A DNA stretch of 23,520 bases from a virus (IMGVR_UViG_3300035698_035307:1-23520); one strand, 5' to 3'; counted from the first letter of the stretch, positions 7,844 to 15,983 are shown. Notes: generated from the sequence alone by a model not told the origin. Translations and numbers: made by a program.

Positions 7844-8800
7844 TTATGTGCCTATAATAAAACGATTATTAGTATTTTGAATTGTCTTCATGTCTAAATC
7901 ACTAGCAAAGTTACCAAGTCTGTGCATGGTATCTTCTGACATTTCTTTATCGTAAAAATCGTTATAAATACTGTGATACAACTTAACCGAAGCATCATAC
8001 GGTAATCCTGGTTGTGAATTGATTTCGATAATATACATTGCACCATCTTCATCTTTCATTAAATCTAATGCATAAATATCCACTTTACTGAAATTCTCAC
8101 GAACCTCTTTTAATATTTCTTTAAATTCATCAGGTATGTAATCTAATACAACTTTAGTATAGCCAAATTTCATAGCTTCGTCAGTTCCACCAGTACCTTC
8201 TTTTGCTTTCTTATTAAGTGCTTCTCTTTTCATGAACAACAATGGGTGTTCTTTAAAGAGTATTAATCTAAATTCTTCATCTATTTTAATCTTCTCAGAG
8301 AATACTTCAAACTCGTCTTTGTTTTCTCTTAATTCTTCTTTTAACTTAAAACTTTGAATACCTATTCCAGAATGGTTATTATCTGGTTTAGCAATGATTG
8401 GAAAACTAAGATTCTCTAATGCATCTTCTTTAGAAAATACTGTTTTAGGAACAAATTTACTTTTCTCCATTGTCATATGAAAATTCCGTTTACTAGAGAC
8501 AGATTTAACATCGTCTGGCTTATTGTAAACATTCTCTAATGGTATTAACTTATTTTCGATTAAGTACCTGCTAATGTCATTATTGTAATTAATAACAGGG
8601 TATTTTTGATTTATCTGATATGATAATTTCTTTTCAGTAAGTGGTAGCATAAAATTCTCTGTAGCATACTCCTTATAAGAGATATCAGTCCCTTTATTAG
8701 TATTGTCATATACTAAAAGTGCTTTAAATAATTCACCAAACTCTTCTTTTATAAATTGAGTGTAGCCTTTTACTTTTACGAAATTACTTTTTATACCCAT
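7844..8800 (-). CDS. ATP-grasp ligase (RimK/glutathione synthetase-like)
   Basis: VPKTVF, FPIIAKPDNNHSGIGI, EFRLILF, YALDLM, IIEINSQPG; N-terminal VKGYTQFIKEE leader. Confidence 0.88.
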   Translation of the reverse strand: MGIKSNFVKVKGYTQFIKEEFGELFKALLVYDNTNKGTDISYKEYATENFMLPLTEKKLSYQINQKYPVINYNNDISRYLIENKLIPLENVYNKPDDVKSVSSKRNFHMTMEKSKFVPKTVFSKEDALENLSFPIIAKPDNNHSGIGIQSFKLKEELRENKDEFEVFSEKIKIDEEFRLILFKEHPLLFMKREALNKKAKEGTGGTDEAMKFGYTKVVLDYIPDEFKEILKEVRENFSKVDIYALDLMKDEDGAMYIIEINSQPGLPYDASVKLYHSIYNDFYDKEMSEDTMHRLGNFASDLDMKTIQNTNNRFIIGT

Positions 8801-8810
8801 TGGTTTTCAA

Positions 8811-9110
8811 TTATTTTAGTAAGCTTGAGTCTGCTTTGATTTTTTCAACCCAATCTCTAGCTTCAGCAGCTTTCTCATAATCCTCTTCAACAATAAGAAT
8901 GTCCATATTATTTTCAAGTGCTATGAGAAAATCTTTCTTCTCAACTCTTAACGCAATACCAGTAGGTTGAAGTGTAACAAAAACTGCTAATTCTTGTTTT
9001 CCTTCAAGTACATCGATTACAGCTTCAAGAACTGCTCTTTTTACCTCAGAGCTTCTTTTCTTAAACTCTACAGTAATTTCTTCCTGTGTGTTTGCTTGTA
9101 TTTCAATCAT
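8811..9110 (-). CDS. Small protein with C-terminal UVR-like coiled-coil motif
   Basis: EEDYEKAAEARDWVEKI resembles the UvrB/UvrC motif EdyEkAAelRD. Confidence 0.65.
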   Translation of the reverse strand: MIEIQANTQEEITVEFKKRSSEVKRAVLEAVIDVLEGKQELAVFVTLQPTGIALRVEKKDFLIALENNMDILIVEEDYEKAAEARDWVEKIKADSSLLK

Positions 9111-9157
9111 ATGTAAATATACATTTAATATTCGTCACCCGAAAGCTTTAGCTACTA

Positions 9158-9165
9158 TATTTATC
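9158..9165 (-). promoter_or_regulatory. GATAAATA variant of the putative late promoter
   Basis: Intergenic, one mismatch to GATATATA and one to T4 late TATAAATA. Confidence 0.45.
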
Positions 9166-9197
9166 GAACTTTTTTGCTTCCATTTACTGCATTGGAG

Positions 9198-10085
9198 TTA
9201 TTTTTTAGTTTCAAGAAACACTCCTAATGCACCTTTATAATCTTCCTGAGTTCCACCTTCTTTAATCAGGTTTTCCATCGTCTTGAAAAATGTTTTCGTA
9301 GTTTTTGGAAATATAATTTCTTTGTACTCGCCATATTCGAATAATGGTTCTTTCAACTCAAAATGAGGTGAAGATACATTTTCTTCATTTTCAATCTTAT
9401 CTGCAGCATCGAAATGTCTTTCATAGAAATGAATATTGTCAGCTGAATGAAAATACGTACCGAGTTTTAATTCTGGATAGTATGGGAGCAACCATAATCT
9501 CATTTGTTGTAATACAATTGAAAAGAATGGGGCATCATAACTTAAACCAAAGAACATATCATTTGAACGTATTGTCATCTTCATGTTCAGAGTGTCTTCT
9601 CTTATAAAGAAATTCAGATACATCGTGCATACAAAATCTTTGTTACCAACATATTGAAATTTAGGTTGATTTAAGAACGCTATCGCTTGACGAGTATTCT
9701 TATCACTTCTTAGTGAGTTCAAGCACCAATAAAGTTGGTCACCGAATAATAAGTCACCATAATTCGAATTAATTTCACCACCTTCATCTGTTAGGTTTCC
9801 CCAGAACTTAGAAAAATTTGAAATGTAATCTACTGTACGTTCTTTTTTCAAATACCAGGCAAGTTCACCTGCTAAGTATTTCCAATTAAATGGACGTTCT
9901 TTAAAATCAAGTAATACCTTCGTAGGATTAAGTGGCATCGTATGCATATACAATTCCTTCACCTTTTGCCCCCTCGGCGCACTCTCATAACCATCATTCT
10001 TTATCTTACTTATAAGACTCTGGAACTCATGATTAATATCTTGCTTATGTTCTTTCTCGCTTAAATAGTTTGGTATTTTTGTCAT
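9198..10085 (-). CDS. Thymidylate synthase-fold enzyme, dCMP hydroxymethylase-like (T4 gp42 family)
   Basis: GEINSNYG, DKNTRQA, DFVCT (catalytic Cys), RSNDMFFGLSYD (Asp at the cytosine-specificity position), HFYERHF. Confidence 0.85.
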   Translation of the reverse strand: MTKIPNYLSEKEHKQDINHEFQSLISKIKNDGYESAPRGQKVKELYMHTMPLNPTKVLLDFKERPFNWKYLAGELAWYLKKERTVDYISNFSKFWGNLTDEGGEINSNYGDLLFGDQLYWCLNSLRSDKNTRQAIAFLNQPKFQYVGNKDFVCTMYLNFFIREDTLNMKMTIRSNDMFFGLSYDAPFFSIVLQQMRLWLLPYYPELKLGTYFHSADNIHFYERHFDAADKIENEENVSSPHFELKEPLFEYGEYKEIIFPKTTKTFFKTMENLIKEGGTQEDYKGALGVFLETKK

Positions 10086-10090
10086 TGCTC

Positions 10091-10951
10091 TTAATTATTT
10101 TTCAAAATTAGTTCCTTAAGTTCGGATTCAAACTTATAGAGTTTTAACAATGTCTCGTTCCTTTGTTTCATTAATTCTTTGAAGTTTTCAGTAGGAAGTG
10201 TACTCTTCAAATATAATGGAAATGTATTAACACATAGATAGTTCAGGTAATCAGTAACTAAGTCCTTCCAGATGATTCCTTTAATATTACTATGTTCTTT
10301 GTAAGTTTCGAAGAACTTCTCAATTAATGCAAAACTAAAATCTAATTCTTCAATGTCAAGCATATCTGATACGAATGACATGATTTCTATACTGATAAAA
10401 TCAAATGCTGCAAAATCAAAATCAATCAAAGTATACTTATCACCGTCCCATAAAATATTATGCTTACGAAAATCTCGATGTAATGCAATTTTAAGTTGTT
10501 TCTCATTGATACCTTTGATATCTTTTTGAATCTTCTTTCTGATACTTAAATCTCGTTTCAATGCGACTTTATTATTTACAGCTTCTTCCCAAGCCATTAA
10601 ATCATCGTACATTAATTCTTTATGAGGTAAGTCAATTGTATCACCTTCTTTCCAACAATGATTATGAATCTTAGCCATGTTCTCAGCTATAATTGAAACA
10701 GAAGTTACACCTAAGTTCCATTCACATTCTTTAACAACCTCATATCGACATTCAATTATCTCAGGGTCTGTATTAGCAGGATGGCCATAAATTCCTTTAT
10801 TAATTTCGAATCCATTTAGATTGTCAATGTTGTAAAATAATCTGGTTTGAAATATACCAACTCTGTAATCATATTTGCTCTTAGGCATATACTTAATAAA
10901 GACATCATCTCGTATTTCAGTACTGCTAGTGTTACCGCCGCTTTTATTCAT
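10091..10951 (-). CDS. APH/choline-kinase-like phosphotransferase
   Basis: MAKIH, LHRDFRKHNILW (HxDxxxxN) and LIDFD motifs. Confidence 0.85.
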   Translation of the reverse strand: MNKSGGNTSSTEIRDDVFIKYMPKSKYDYRVGIFQTRLFYNIDNLNGFEINKGIYGHPANTDPEIIECRYEVVKECEWNLGVTSVSIIAENMAKIHNHCWKEGDTIDLPHKELMYDDLMAWEEAVNNKVALKRDLSIRKKIQKDIKGINEKQLKIALHRDFRKHNILWDGDKYTLIDFDFAAFDFISIEIMSFVSDMLDIEELDFSFALIEKFFETYKEHSNIKGIIWKDLVTDYLNYLCVNTFPLYLKSTLPTENFKELMKQRNETLLKLYKFESELKELILKNN

Positions 10952-11915
10952 CTTTGTTGTAAATTTTTAGAAAGTCGTGTTCAATTGCATTGTCATTTGC
11001 TTTTGCCATTGTGGCCGTATAAAGAATTAAAGCCCACTTATAAAAGTATTCTGTTTTAAAATACGTTCTGTCAGGTTTATATAAATCTTTGTAAGTAGTT
11101 ATCGTACCACCATCGATATCCTCATGTTTACCAGCTTTCATAAATTCATCGACATAATGATATAAGATTCCATTTTCTTGAACCCATTCCTTATGTGTTA
11201 ATTCAAATGGCATTGGATGATACGTATGATTAGGGTCGAAGTCTTGTGACCAGGTAGGTTTACCACTTTTGTCACAATAATAATGCATACTAACTGTCTT
11301 GTATAGAAAGTGTCCCATTGTTAATTCAGGGTAAAATTCTGTAAGCCAACCTGTCATCATTTCTTGAAGTGTTGTAAATAAAATCACATCGTTTGCCCAT
11401 CCCATTGAAAGTGCAGTTCCTCTTGTTTCAAGAGTCATATGTAATTTATTATCTCGTATGATAAAGTGACAGTATATTAAACAAGGGTAGTGAACTTTGG
11501 GTCTTCTACTACCAAAAGATATTACTGCCTTTCTACTGTTCTTATCATCTCTGAGTACGTTTCTTATTTTGAGTAGTGACCATCTACTATTTCCTTGGCG
11601 ATTTTCATTGCCAAAGAACATGATATTGTCTTCAAACCCCATTGTTTTTTTGACCATTTCCCTTGAATGCATAACCCTCGGTTGGTTTTCATTAAAGATG
11701 TCAAAAAGTTCTTGATAAATGAAAGGCATATTTAAGCCTTTGATAGGTATGATTTTATCACGAGGATTTTTAATTAGTACAGAAGCATTCATAACTTCTT
11801 TAGTCCATTCTTTCCTGGCTTCTACTAATTCACCCTGGTCATCAATTAATTGTGCGAAGTACTCATATGCATCTCTTGCATTTTGTACTTCTGCATACTT
11901 CATATTATAATCCAT
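10944..11915 (-). CDS. Divergent thymidylate synthase-fold enzyme
   Basis: TKEVMNASVLIKNP, DKNSRKAVI, YPCL, FIIRDNKLHMT, TRGTALSMGWAND, GHFLYKTVSMHYY. Confidence 0.85.
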   Translation of the reverse strand: MDYNMKYAEVQNARDAYEYFAQLIDDQGELVEARKEWTKEVMNASVLIKNPRDKIIPIKGLNMPFIYQELFDIFNENQPRVMHSREMVKKTMGFEDNIMFFGNENRQGNSRWSLLKIRNVLRDDKNSRKAVISFGSRRPKVHYPCLIYCHFIIRDNKLHMTLETRGTALSMGWANDVILFTTLQEMMTGWLTEFYPELTMGHFLYKTVSMHYYCDKSGKPTWSQDFDPNHTYHPMPFELTHKEWVQENGILYHYVDEFMKAGKHEDIDGGTITTYKDLYKPDRTYFKTEYFYKWALILYTATMAKANDNAIEHDFLKIYNKDE

Positions 11916-11920
11916 AAATT

Positions 11921-12178
11921 CTATTTAAAAATTAAATTTGCTAAACCAACCAGAATCATTATTCCAATTACAATGCAAAAGAAAGCTCCTATTAAACCTA
12001 ATATGAAACCCCATCCAATCCAGAGAGGTGATGTAACCCACCACCATGACCAATTAGCTACCTGACCGACTTCACCTAATTTCATTACTAAGAATATAAT
12101 AAAAATGATAGTACTTAATTTCATACCATTGCCGGCTGTTTTTTGTACTGTTTTGTTTTTTAGTATGTTAGTTTTCAT
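11921..12178 (-). CDS. Small two-TM membrane protein (WSWWWV.SPLW phage family)
   Basis: IFLVMKLG..V.NWSWWWVTSPLWI pattern and hydrophobicity. Confidence 0.8.
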   Translation of the reverse strand: MKTNILKNKTVQKTAGNGMKLSTIIFIIFLVMKLGEVGQVANWSWWWVTSPLWIGWGFILGLIGAFFCIVIGIMILVGLANLIFK

Positions 12179-12215
12179 GTTATAAATTTAAGAAATTAGT
12201 TCGACATAATAAAGT

Positions 12216-12857
12216 TTATTTGAATATCTCATAAAGGTGATGGTCAGTTGCGTATCCTTTAGCTACTGCGAATTTCTTTTCAACTAATTTACCCATCATG
12301 TTAAACCTTTCTGAGCCAGCATCTTCATGTAATGCAATTAATATACCAGTCGAAGTCATGCTTCGTCCCATTGCTTCATCAAAATCTTTTTCTTTTTTGG
12401 TTTTCTTCTGTGTAACTTTACTGTACAGCGTAATTAACATGTCATTTGCAGCATCACCTTCAATAGTTTTATATTTGACCATGCCAACTTTAGAAGCTCT
12501 TTCTTTAACTTCTGAATGTGTAAGTGTTTCTGGTTTTTTTGAACGTTTCTTCTTTTGCATGGACACTTTGTCTAAGCCTTTGTCCATGTTACGTTCTTTT
12601 TTATTCTTTTTCTGCTTGGGCTTGGACACTTTGTCCACTTTGTCCACTTTGTCCACCTTTTTAGTAGGTTTATCTTTCTTTCTGGACACTTTGTCCACTT
12701 TAGTGTCCACTTTGTCTTCAGTAACTTTATTTTTATGCTTCTTCTTGGGCTTCTTCTCAACACTCGGTGTTTCAAACAAAGGTGTAAATCTTTTTTTCTT
12801 TCCGAAGAATTTCTCTTTTTCTTCAGGAGTCATATCACCCACTGATTTTCTTGCCAT
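12216..12857 (-). CDS. Lys-rich hypothetical protein with VDKV repeats in a central linker
   Basis: Globular-looking C-terminus, A-rich leader, co-directional with neighbours. Confidence 0.75.
   Translation of the reverse strand: MARKSVGDMTPEEKEKFFGKKKRFTPLFETPSVEKKPKKKHKNKVTEDKVDTKVDKVSRKKDKPTKKVDKVDKVDKVSKPKQKKNKKERNMDKGLDKVSMQKKKRSKKPETLTHSEVKERASKVGMVKYKTIEGDAANDMLITLYSKVTQKKTKKEKDFDEAMGRSMTSTGILIALHEDAGSERFNMMGKLVEKKFAVAKGYATDHHLYEIFK
12558..12717. repeat. Array of TGGACA-CTT-TGTC(C/T)A palindromes and 9-bp CTTTGTCCA direct repeats
   Basis: TGGACA at 12560, 12623, 12683; three tandem CTTTGTCCA at 12629-12655; T-tracts between units. Confidence 0.85.
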
Positions 12858-12908
12858 AATTATATTGTTTGTATCAAAAGTAATACATTAAAACGCAACA
12901 TAAAAGTT

Positions 12909-13244
12909 TTATCTGTCATCTCCCGAACCTCTTTCAGTTCCTCTGCTAACTCTACCTGCTAATTTTTCATTGTTTAAGTTTGCAATATCTTCAAGCGTAT
13001 AACCTAATTTACCGGCAAGTACTGAAAGATACCAAAGAGTATCGCCAAGTTCATTGCCAATTGCTTTCTTTGTAGTAGGTGTCAATTCGCCTTTGTCATC
13101 TCTGAAAAGTTTCTTGACCTTTCCTGCTACCTCTCCTGCCTCCTCAGACAGTCCAATTGATAAATATGTAAATGGATGGATATGTTCCCCTCCTGTAAAG
13201 AATGCATTCTCTAATGCACTCTCCTGATAATCATTCATCGTCAT
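12909..13244 (-). CDS. mazG: MazG-like nucleoside triphosphate pyrophosphohydrolase
   Basis: GLSEEAGEVAGKVKK, NELGDTLWYL, N.EKL..R and GSGDDR tail. Confidence 0.92.
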   Translation of the reverse strand: MTMNDYQESALENAFFTGGEHIHPFTYLSIGLSEEAGEVAGKVKKLFRDDKGELTPTTKKAIGNELGDTLWYLSVLAGKLGYTLEDIANLNNEKLAGRVSRGTERGSGDDR

Positions 13245-13617
13245 CTTCTATTCCTTTTTTAATTGTCATTAATACTGTATGTTTATCGATAGACATCTTT
13301 GTAATAATCTTATAAAGTGCTCTCAGTTCCTGTTCATTTGTTAATGTACAGACTGTTGTTTCGATAGGATTTACTCCTTGTTGGATAGTTATAAAGAATC
13401 CATTATAAGCAATGTACTCACCATTTTCACCGCGGACATAATTGTATCTAAATCTATAAACCTTTTGGCTCATAACAAAATGCAATCCCCCTAAACCATA
13501 TTTCTTGAATATGGCTAGGGTTAATTCTGTTTGGGGGTGATTCTGAGCTTCATGTTTTTGCTCAGTTATTATGCTACGACTTTTTCTTTTAATGTATTCG
13601 TCTCTTGCTTTACTCAT
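13231..13617 (-). CDS. Hypothetical protein
   Basis: Overlaps both neighbours in a translationally coupled arrangement. Confidence 0.7.
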   Translation of the reverse strand: MSKARDEYIKRKSRSIITEQKHEAQNHPQTELTLAIFKKYGLGGLHFVMSQKVYRFRYNYVRGENGEYIAYNGFFITIQQGVNPIETTVCTLTNEQELRALYKIITKMSIDKHTVLMTIKKGIEDDDE

Positions 13618-14194
13618 TTTTAGCTTTTTTAAATGGCCACTTTAATTTGCTGCCATCAGTCTTACTGTAAACTATCTTATCAGGTTTGCTTACTACAGCT
13701 TCCTTAAGCTTCTTTGCGTATTTCTTACCAGTTCCTGGTTTTAAGTATGCAACTGTACAGTGAGCATGATAGTCCGGGTAATCCGTTGTATGAGGGAACT
13801 CAGCTAATGTTTCATTCATTTTGTTTAAATCTTTTGAATTAACATCAAATTTCAGAACATCGAAGTCATCATTTTCAAACAACGAAAGTCTTTGCATTGA
13901 TACGATTGGGTCACTAAATTCATGTGCCATCATTGCCTTTTTGATATCATCATCATCATTGTCTTCGTGTAAACCATATAAAACAGTTACATGAGGTTCA
14001 TCTTCTCTACCATAATCTCCGTCCTTTTCATAAACATCTTCGTCATCAATTGATTCTTGTAAGTCAGCCCAATTCTTTTCGTCAACGTTTAAATATAACA
14101 TAACACAACCGTAATCATGTGCAGTACCTGATTTCTCTTCTACTTTATCATCTTCGATAAATTGTTCAAATGTTTTTACATGTAATCTTTCCAT
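13610..14194 (-). CDS. 2H phosphoesterase, Acb1/T4 gp57B-like
   Basis: PHVTVLY and DYPDYHAHCTVAY HxT motifs; N-terminal KTFEQFIE leader. Confidence 0.85.
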   Translation of the reverse strand: MERLHVKTFEQFIEDDKVEEKSGTAHDYGCVMLYLNVDEKNWADLQESIDDEDVYEKDGDYGREDEPHVTVLYGLHEDNDDDDIKKAMMAHEFSDPIVSMQRLSLFENDDFDVLKFDVNSKDLNKMNETLAEFPHTTDYPDYHAHCTVAYLKPGTGKKYAKKLKEAVVSKPDKIVYSKTDGSKLKWPFKKAKNE

Positions 14195-14206
14195 AATTTA
14201 ATTTTT

Positions 14207-14752
14207 TTATTCGTAATATCTATAAAATGAGTTAACAACTTTTCTTTTTGTTTTAGAACCATCATATATTACTGCAACAGATTTTACTTTAGAACCGTTA
14301 GCTATAAAAAAGCTTTCAATTTTCCTTGCAGTACCACCTGAGAAGTAAGAATCATCTACAAATACAAATGATTTCTTTTTGACATCAAAATCTTCAGGCT
14401 TATAAGATTCAACACCTTTACCGAGTGTTAGCATCTTTCCATTAAATGTAACGAATCCTTTGCATTTAAAAGCCTTCTTCTTATAAAGCTTCATTAATGT
14501 ATCACCAAATCCTCCAGATGACGCAATATATTCATTTTCAAATGGTTTTAAAAGTGCTATAATCATTTTCTTATTTAATACATTTTTGATTTGGTCATCA
14601 AGTGCATCAAAAAATGGTTTACCACCTTTATGTTTTACTAACAGTTTATCTATAAGTTCTTCTAAGTTCTTGTAAATAGAATCGGGCGGATTAAGGCCGC
14701 CCGGTTTTTCTGTTATAAATTCTTCGAATGTTTTTAATTGTATCTTTTCCAC
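14207..14752 (-). CDS. Type I phosphoribosyltransferase-fold protein
   Basis: FVFVDDSYFSGGT PRPP-binding loop; GTG start overlapping the upstream TAG; KTFEEFITE leader. Confidence 0.8.
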   Translation of the reverse strand: MEKIQLKTFEEFITEKPGGLNPPDSIYKNLEELIDKLLVKHKGGKPFFDALDDQIKNVLNKKMIIALLKPFENEYIASSGGFGDTLMKLYKKKAFKCKGFVTFNGKMLTLGKGVESYKPEDFDVKKKSFVFVDDSYFSGGTARKIESFFIANGSKVKSVAVIYDGSKTKRKVVNSFYRYYE

Positions 14753-15861
14753 TAAATTAAGCTTTTTTCAAATTTAAAATATATCTTTGTGTAATATATA
14801 TCAGCTTTTTCTTTTTGGCCAACAAATACGCTTGCATATCTTAATCTGATTGCTATTTTAGGTGCCATAGTCCCTTCAGCTATTGTCGATAATGATTGAG
14901 CTCCCATATATGGAAGGTACATTCCAGGTTCATTATTCTTTGGCATTCTTGAGACTGTAATCGAATTATCATCCCATCTTTTCATTGGGTCAACGAAGAT
15001 TGTGATTCCATTAAAAGTACCTGCTATATAAGGTTCTCCACCTGTAACCATTGATACTTTAGCTTCAGAAGGTAATACAAACCCTTCTATGTCTTGTAGA
15101 ATTGTACCAATCTGACCATTAACTACAGCTACATTACCTGCGCCTCTTCTTGTTGTTATCGCGAGCATATTACATGCACTTAATATAGCAGTGATGATTC
15201 TACGATGAGCTTCTTGAATTGTCATATCTGATGTAATGACATAAGCTTTTTGGTAAACACCCTTGAAATATTTAGGTAACCATTTTTCTAAGAAAGATAA
15301 ATTTTTGTGAATCCACTTAGTTCTTTTCTCTTTCTTTAAATCTTTATCAGTCCATGACTTACGATAAGATATTTCACCATAGTTGTCTATTTTAGCTAAG
15401 ACATTTTTCCAAATGGCCATTTTAGACTCATTAATAAGAACACCTTCAGTTTGCGTAACTGCATCTATACCTATTGATTTTAGATGTTCAATCATTTCTC
15501 TTGTGATAGTTGCAGAAACTTGGTAAGTTTGTTGTTCTATTGCTTGATTAAATAACTGTAAGCCGATTGTCTTCATTGGCACTGATTCACCCCTTGTAAG
15601 AGGTTGTTCAAAACCAGTAACAAAATCTGTTTCTTTTTCATCAGATGTTGGTTCCATTTCAACAAAATCTAAATAAGACATTAAACCTATAGGTAATTCA
15701 ACCTTTTGAACATTTGTAAAATATTTCAGAGCATCATCTTCAAATATCTTCTGATTCATTACAGCGATGAAAGCATCTGTCTTCGCTTGCTGAACAGGGT
15801 CCACTTCCTGCATCTGTAGATGTGGGGGTAAATTGTTTAAATTAAAATTTTCCATATACAT
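14752..15861 (-). CDS. T4 gp23-like major capsid protein paralog (short, divergent)
   Basis: TREMIEHL, TRRGAGNVAVV, IFVDP, PYM, TMAPKIAIRLRYA resemble gp23-family motifs. Confidence 0.8.
   Translation of the reverse strand: MYMENFNLNNLPPHLQMQEVDPVQQAKTDAFIAVMNQKIFEDDALKYFTNVQKVELPIGLMSYLDFVEMEPTSDEKETDFVTGFEQPLTRGESVPMKTIGLQLFNQAIEQQTYQVSATITREMIEHLKSIGIDAVTQTEGVLINESKMAIWKNVLAKIDNYGEISYRKSWTDKDLKKEKRTKWIHKNLSFLEKWLPKYFKGVYQKAYVITSDMTIQEAHRRIITAILSACNMLAITTRRGAGNVAVVNGQIGTILQDIEGFVLPSEAKVSMVTGGEPYIAGTFNGITIFVDPMKRWDDNSITVSRMPKNNEPGMYLPYMGAQSLSTIAEGTMAPKIAIRLRYASVFVGQKEKADIYYTKIYFKFEKSLI
14795..14802 (-). promoter_or_regulatory. GATATATA putative late promoter for PRTase and 2H genes
   Basis: About 43 nt upstream of GTG 14752. 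Confidence 0.5.
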
Positions 15862-15878
15862 TTATTATGTTGTTGATG

Positions 15879-15886
15879 TATATATC
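15879..15886 (-). promoter_or_regulatory. GATATATA putative late promoter for the capsid paralog
   Basis: Intergenic, about 18 nt upstream of ATG 15861, downstream of a terminator. Confidence 0.6.
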
Positions 15887-15942
15887 AGTACTTTTGGAAG
15901 TAATGTCTGCCAGTTGCGTTATTTCAGTACAATCTGAAAAAG

Positions 15943-15973
15943 AAAAAGGGTAAACATCTTATAGTGCTTACCC
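15943..15973 (-). terminator. Intrinsic terminator closing the 19471-15984 operon
   Basis: Minus strand GGGTAAGCA-loop-TGTTTACCC-TTTTT. Confidence 0.75.
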
Positions 15974-15983
15974 CTAATCATTT

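Noticed and set aside
9198-10085. Canonical thyA
   Set aside because: NSNYG, DFVCT and RSND...D match the gp42-type family; the Asn that specifies dUMP is absent
12558-12717. CRISPR array
   Set aside because: Repeats are only 9-15 bp, partly tandem, inside an open frame, and no cas genes are present
12572-12775. Alternative-frame ORF with KWT repeats
   Set aside because: Frame-shifted reading of the DNA repeat inside 12216-12857
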